A DNA stretch of 62,659 bases, the filler included, from Sphacelaria rigidula (lineage: Eukaryota): NCBI GenBank assembly GCA_964200075.2. It is 6 parts of 6 records of this genome, joined end to end, with 100 filler letters (N's around TTAATTAATTAA, not from the genome) between each part and the next. Parts side by side here need not be neighbours in the genome. Positions count along the whole stretch, not along the records: positions 52,301 to 62,659 come from CAXNAA020006658.1; 5 more parts are not named here. One strand, written 5' to 3'. Positions 62,553 through 62,659 of this stretch are shown piece after piece; within the stretch, counting starts at the first letter, position 1, and each line of letters begins with the position of its first letter. The position numbers and the translations under genes were made by a program. The notes under the pieces were generated by a model. It ran no database searches. It worked only from the letters and a program-made list of their open reading frames with translations, and was not told the origin of the DNA.

Positions 62553-62659
62553 GCGTCGATTGTAGGGGGGGGGGGGGGGGGGCAAATGCCGTTTTTGATT
62601 TGTTGAGTAGTTTGAACATTTCTCTACTTTCTCTTGTGAGTGGGGTTGGGGAGGGGGGG

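Overview
This is eukaryotic, intron-rich and repeat-dense DNA. It is most consistent with a brown alga or related stramenopile (inferred from the LRR N-cap style, long GT-AG introns and TTAGGG-type repeats). The window is not one locus. It is six unrelated ~10.36-kb contigs (1-10361, 10462-20821, 20922-31281, 31382-41741, 41842-52200, 52301-62659) joined by artificial N44-TTAATTAATTAA-N44 spacers. Three spliced genes can be built by hand, all on the minus strand: an LRR protein, a TPR protein and a DUF1415-like protein. One possible decayed spliced gene is also present. Most other tracked ORFs look spurious. The rest is a dense set of non-autonomous mobile elements: two tRNA-headed SINE families and hAT-, PIF/Harbinger-, Tc1/mariner-, piggyBac- and Sola2-like MITEs. 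The most unusual signal is a ~15-copy retroposon-like family in two subfamilies. It shares a ~75-80-nt module with a strand-specific predicted multi-stem RNA fold, ends in GAGTACRCC and usually sits against poly-C/G runs, and in one copy the G-run is part of the target-site duplication. All calls are by eye with no database searches, and repeat boundaries are approximate.
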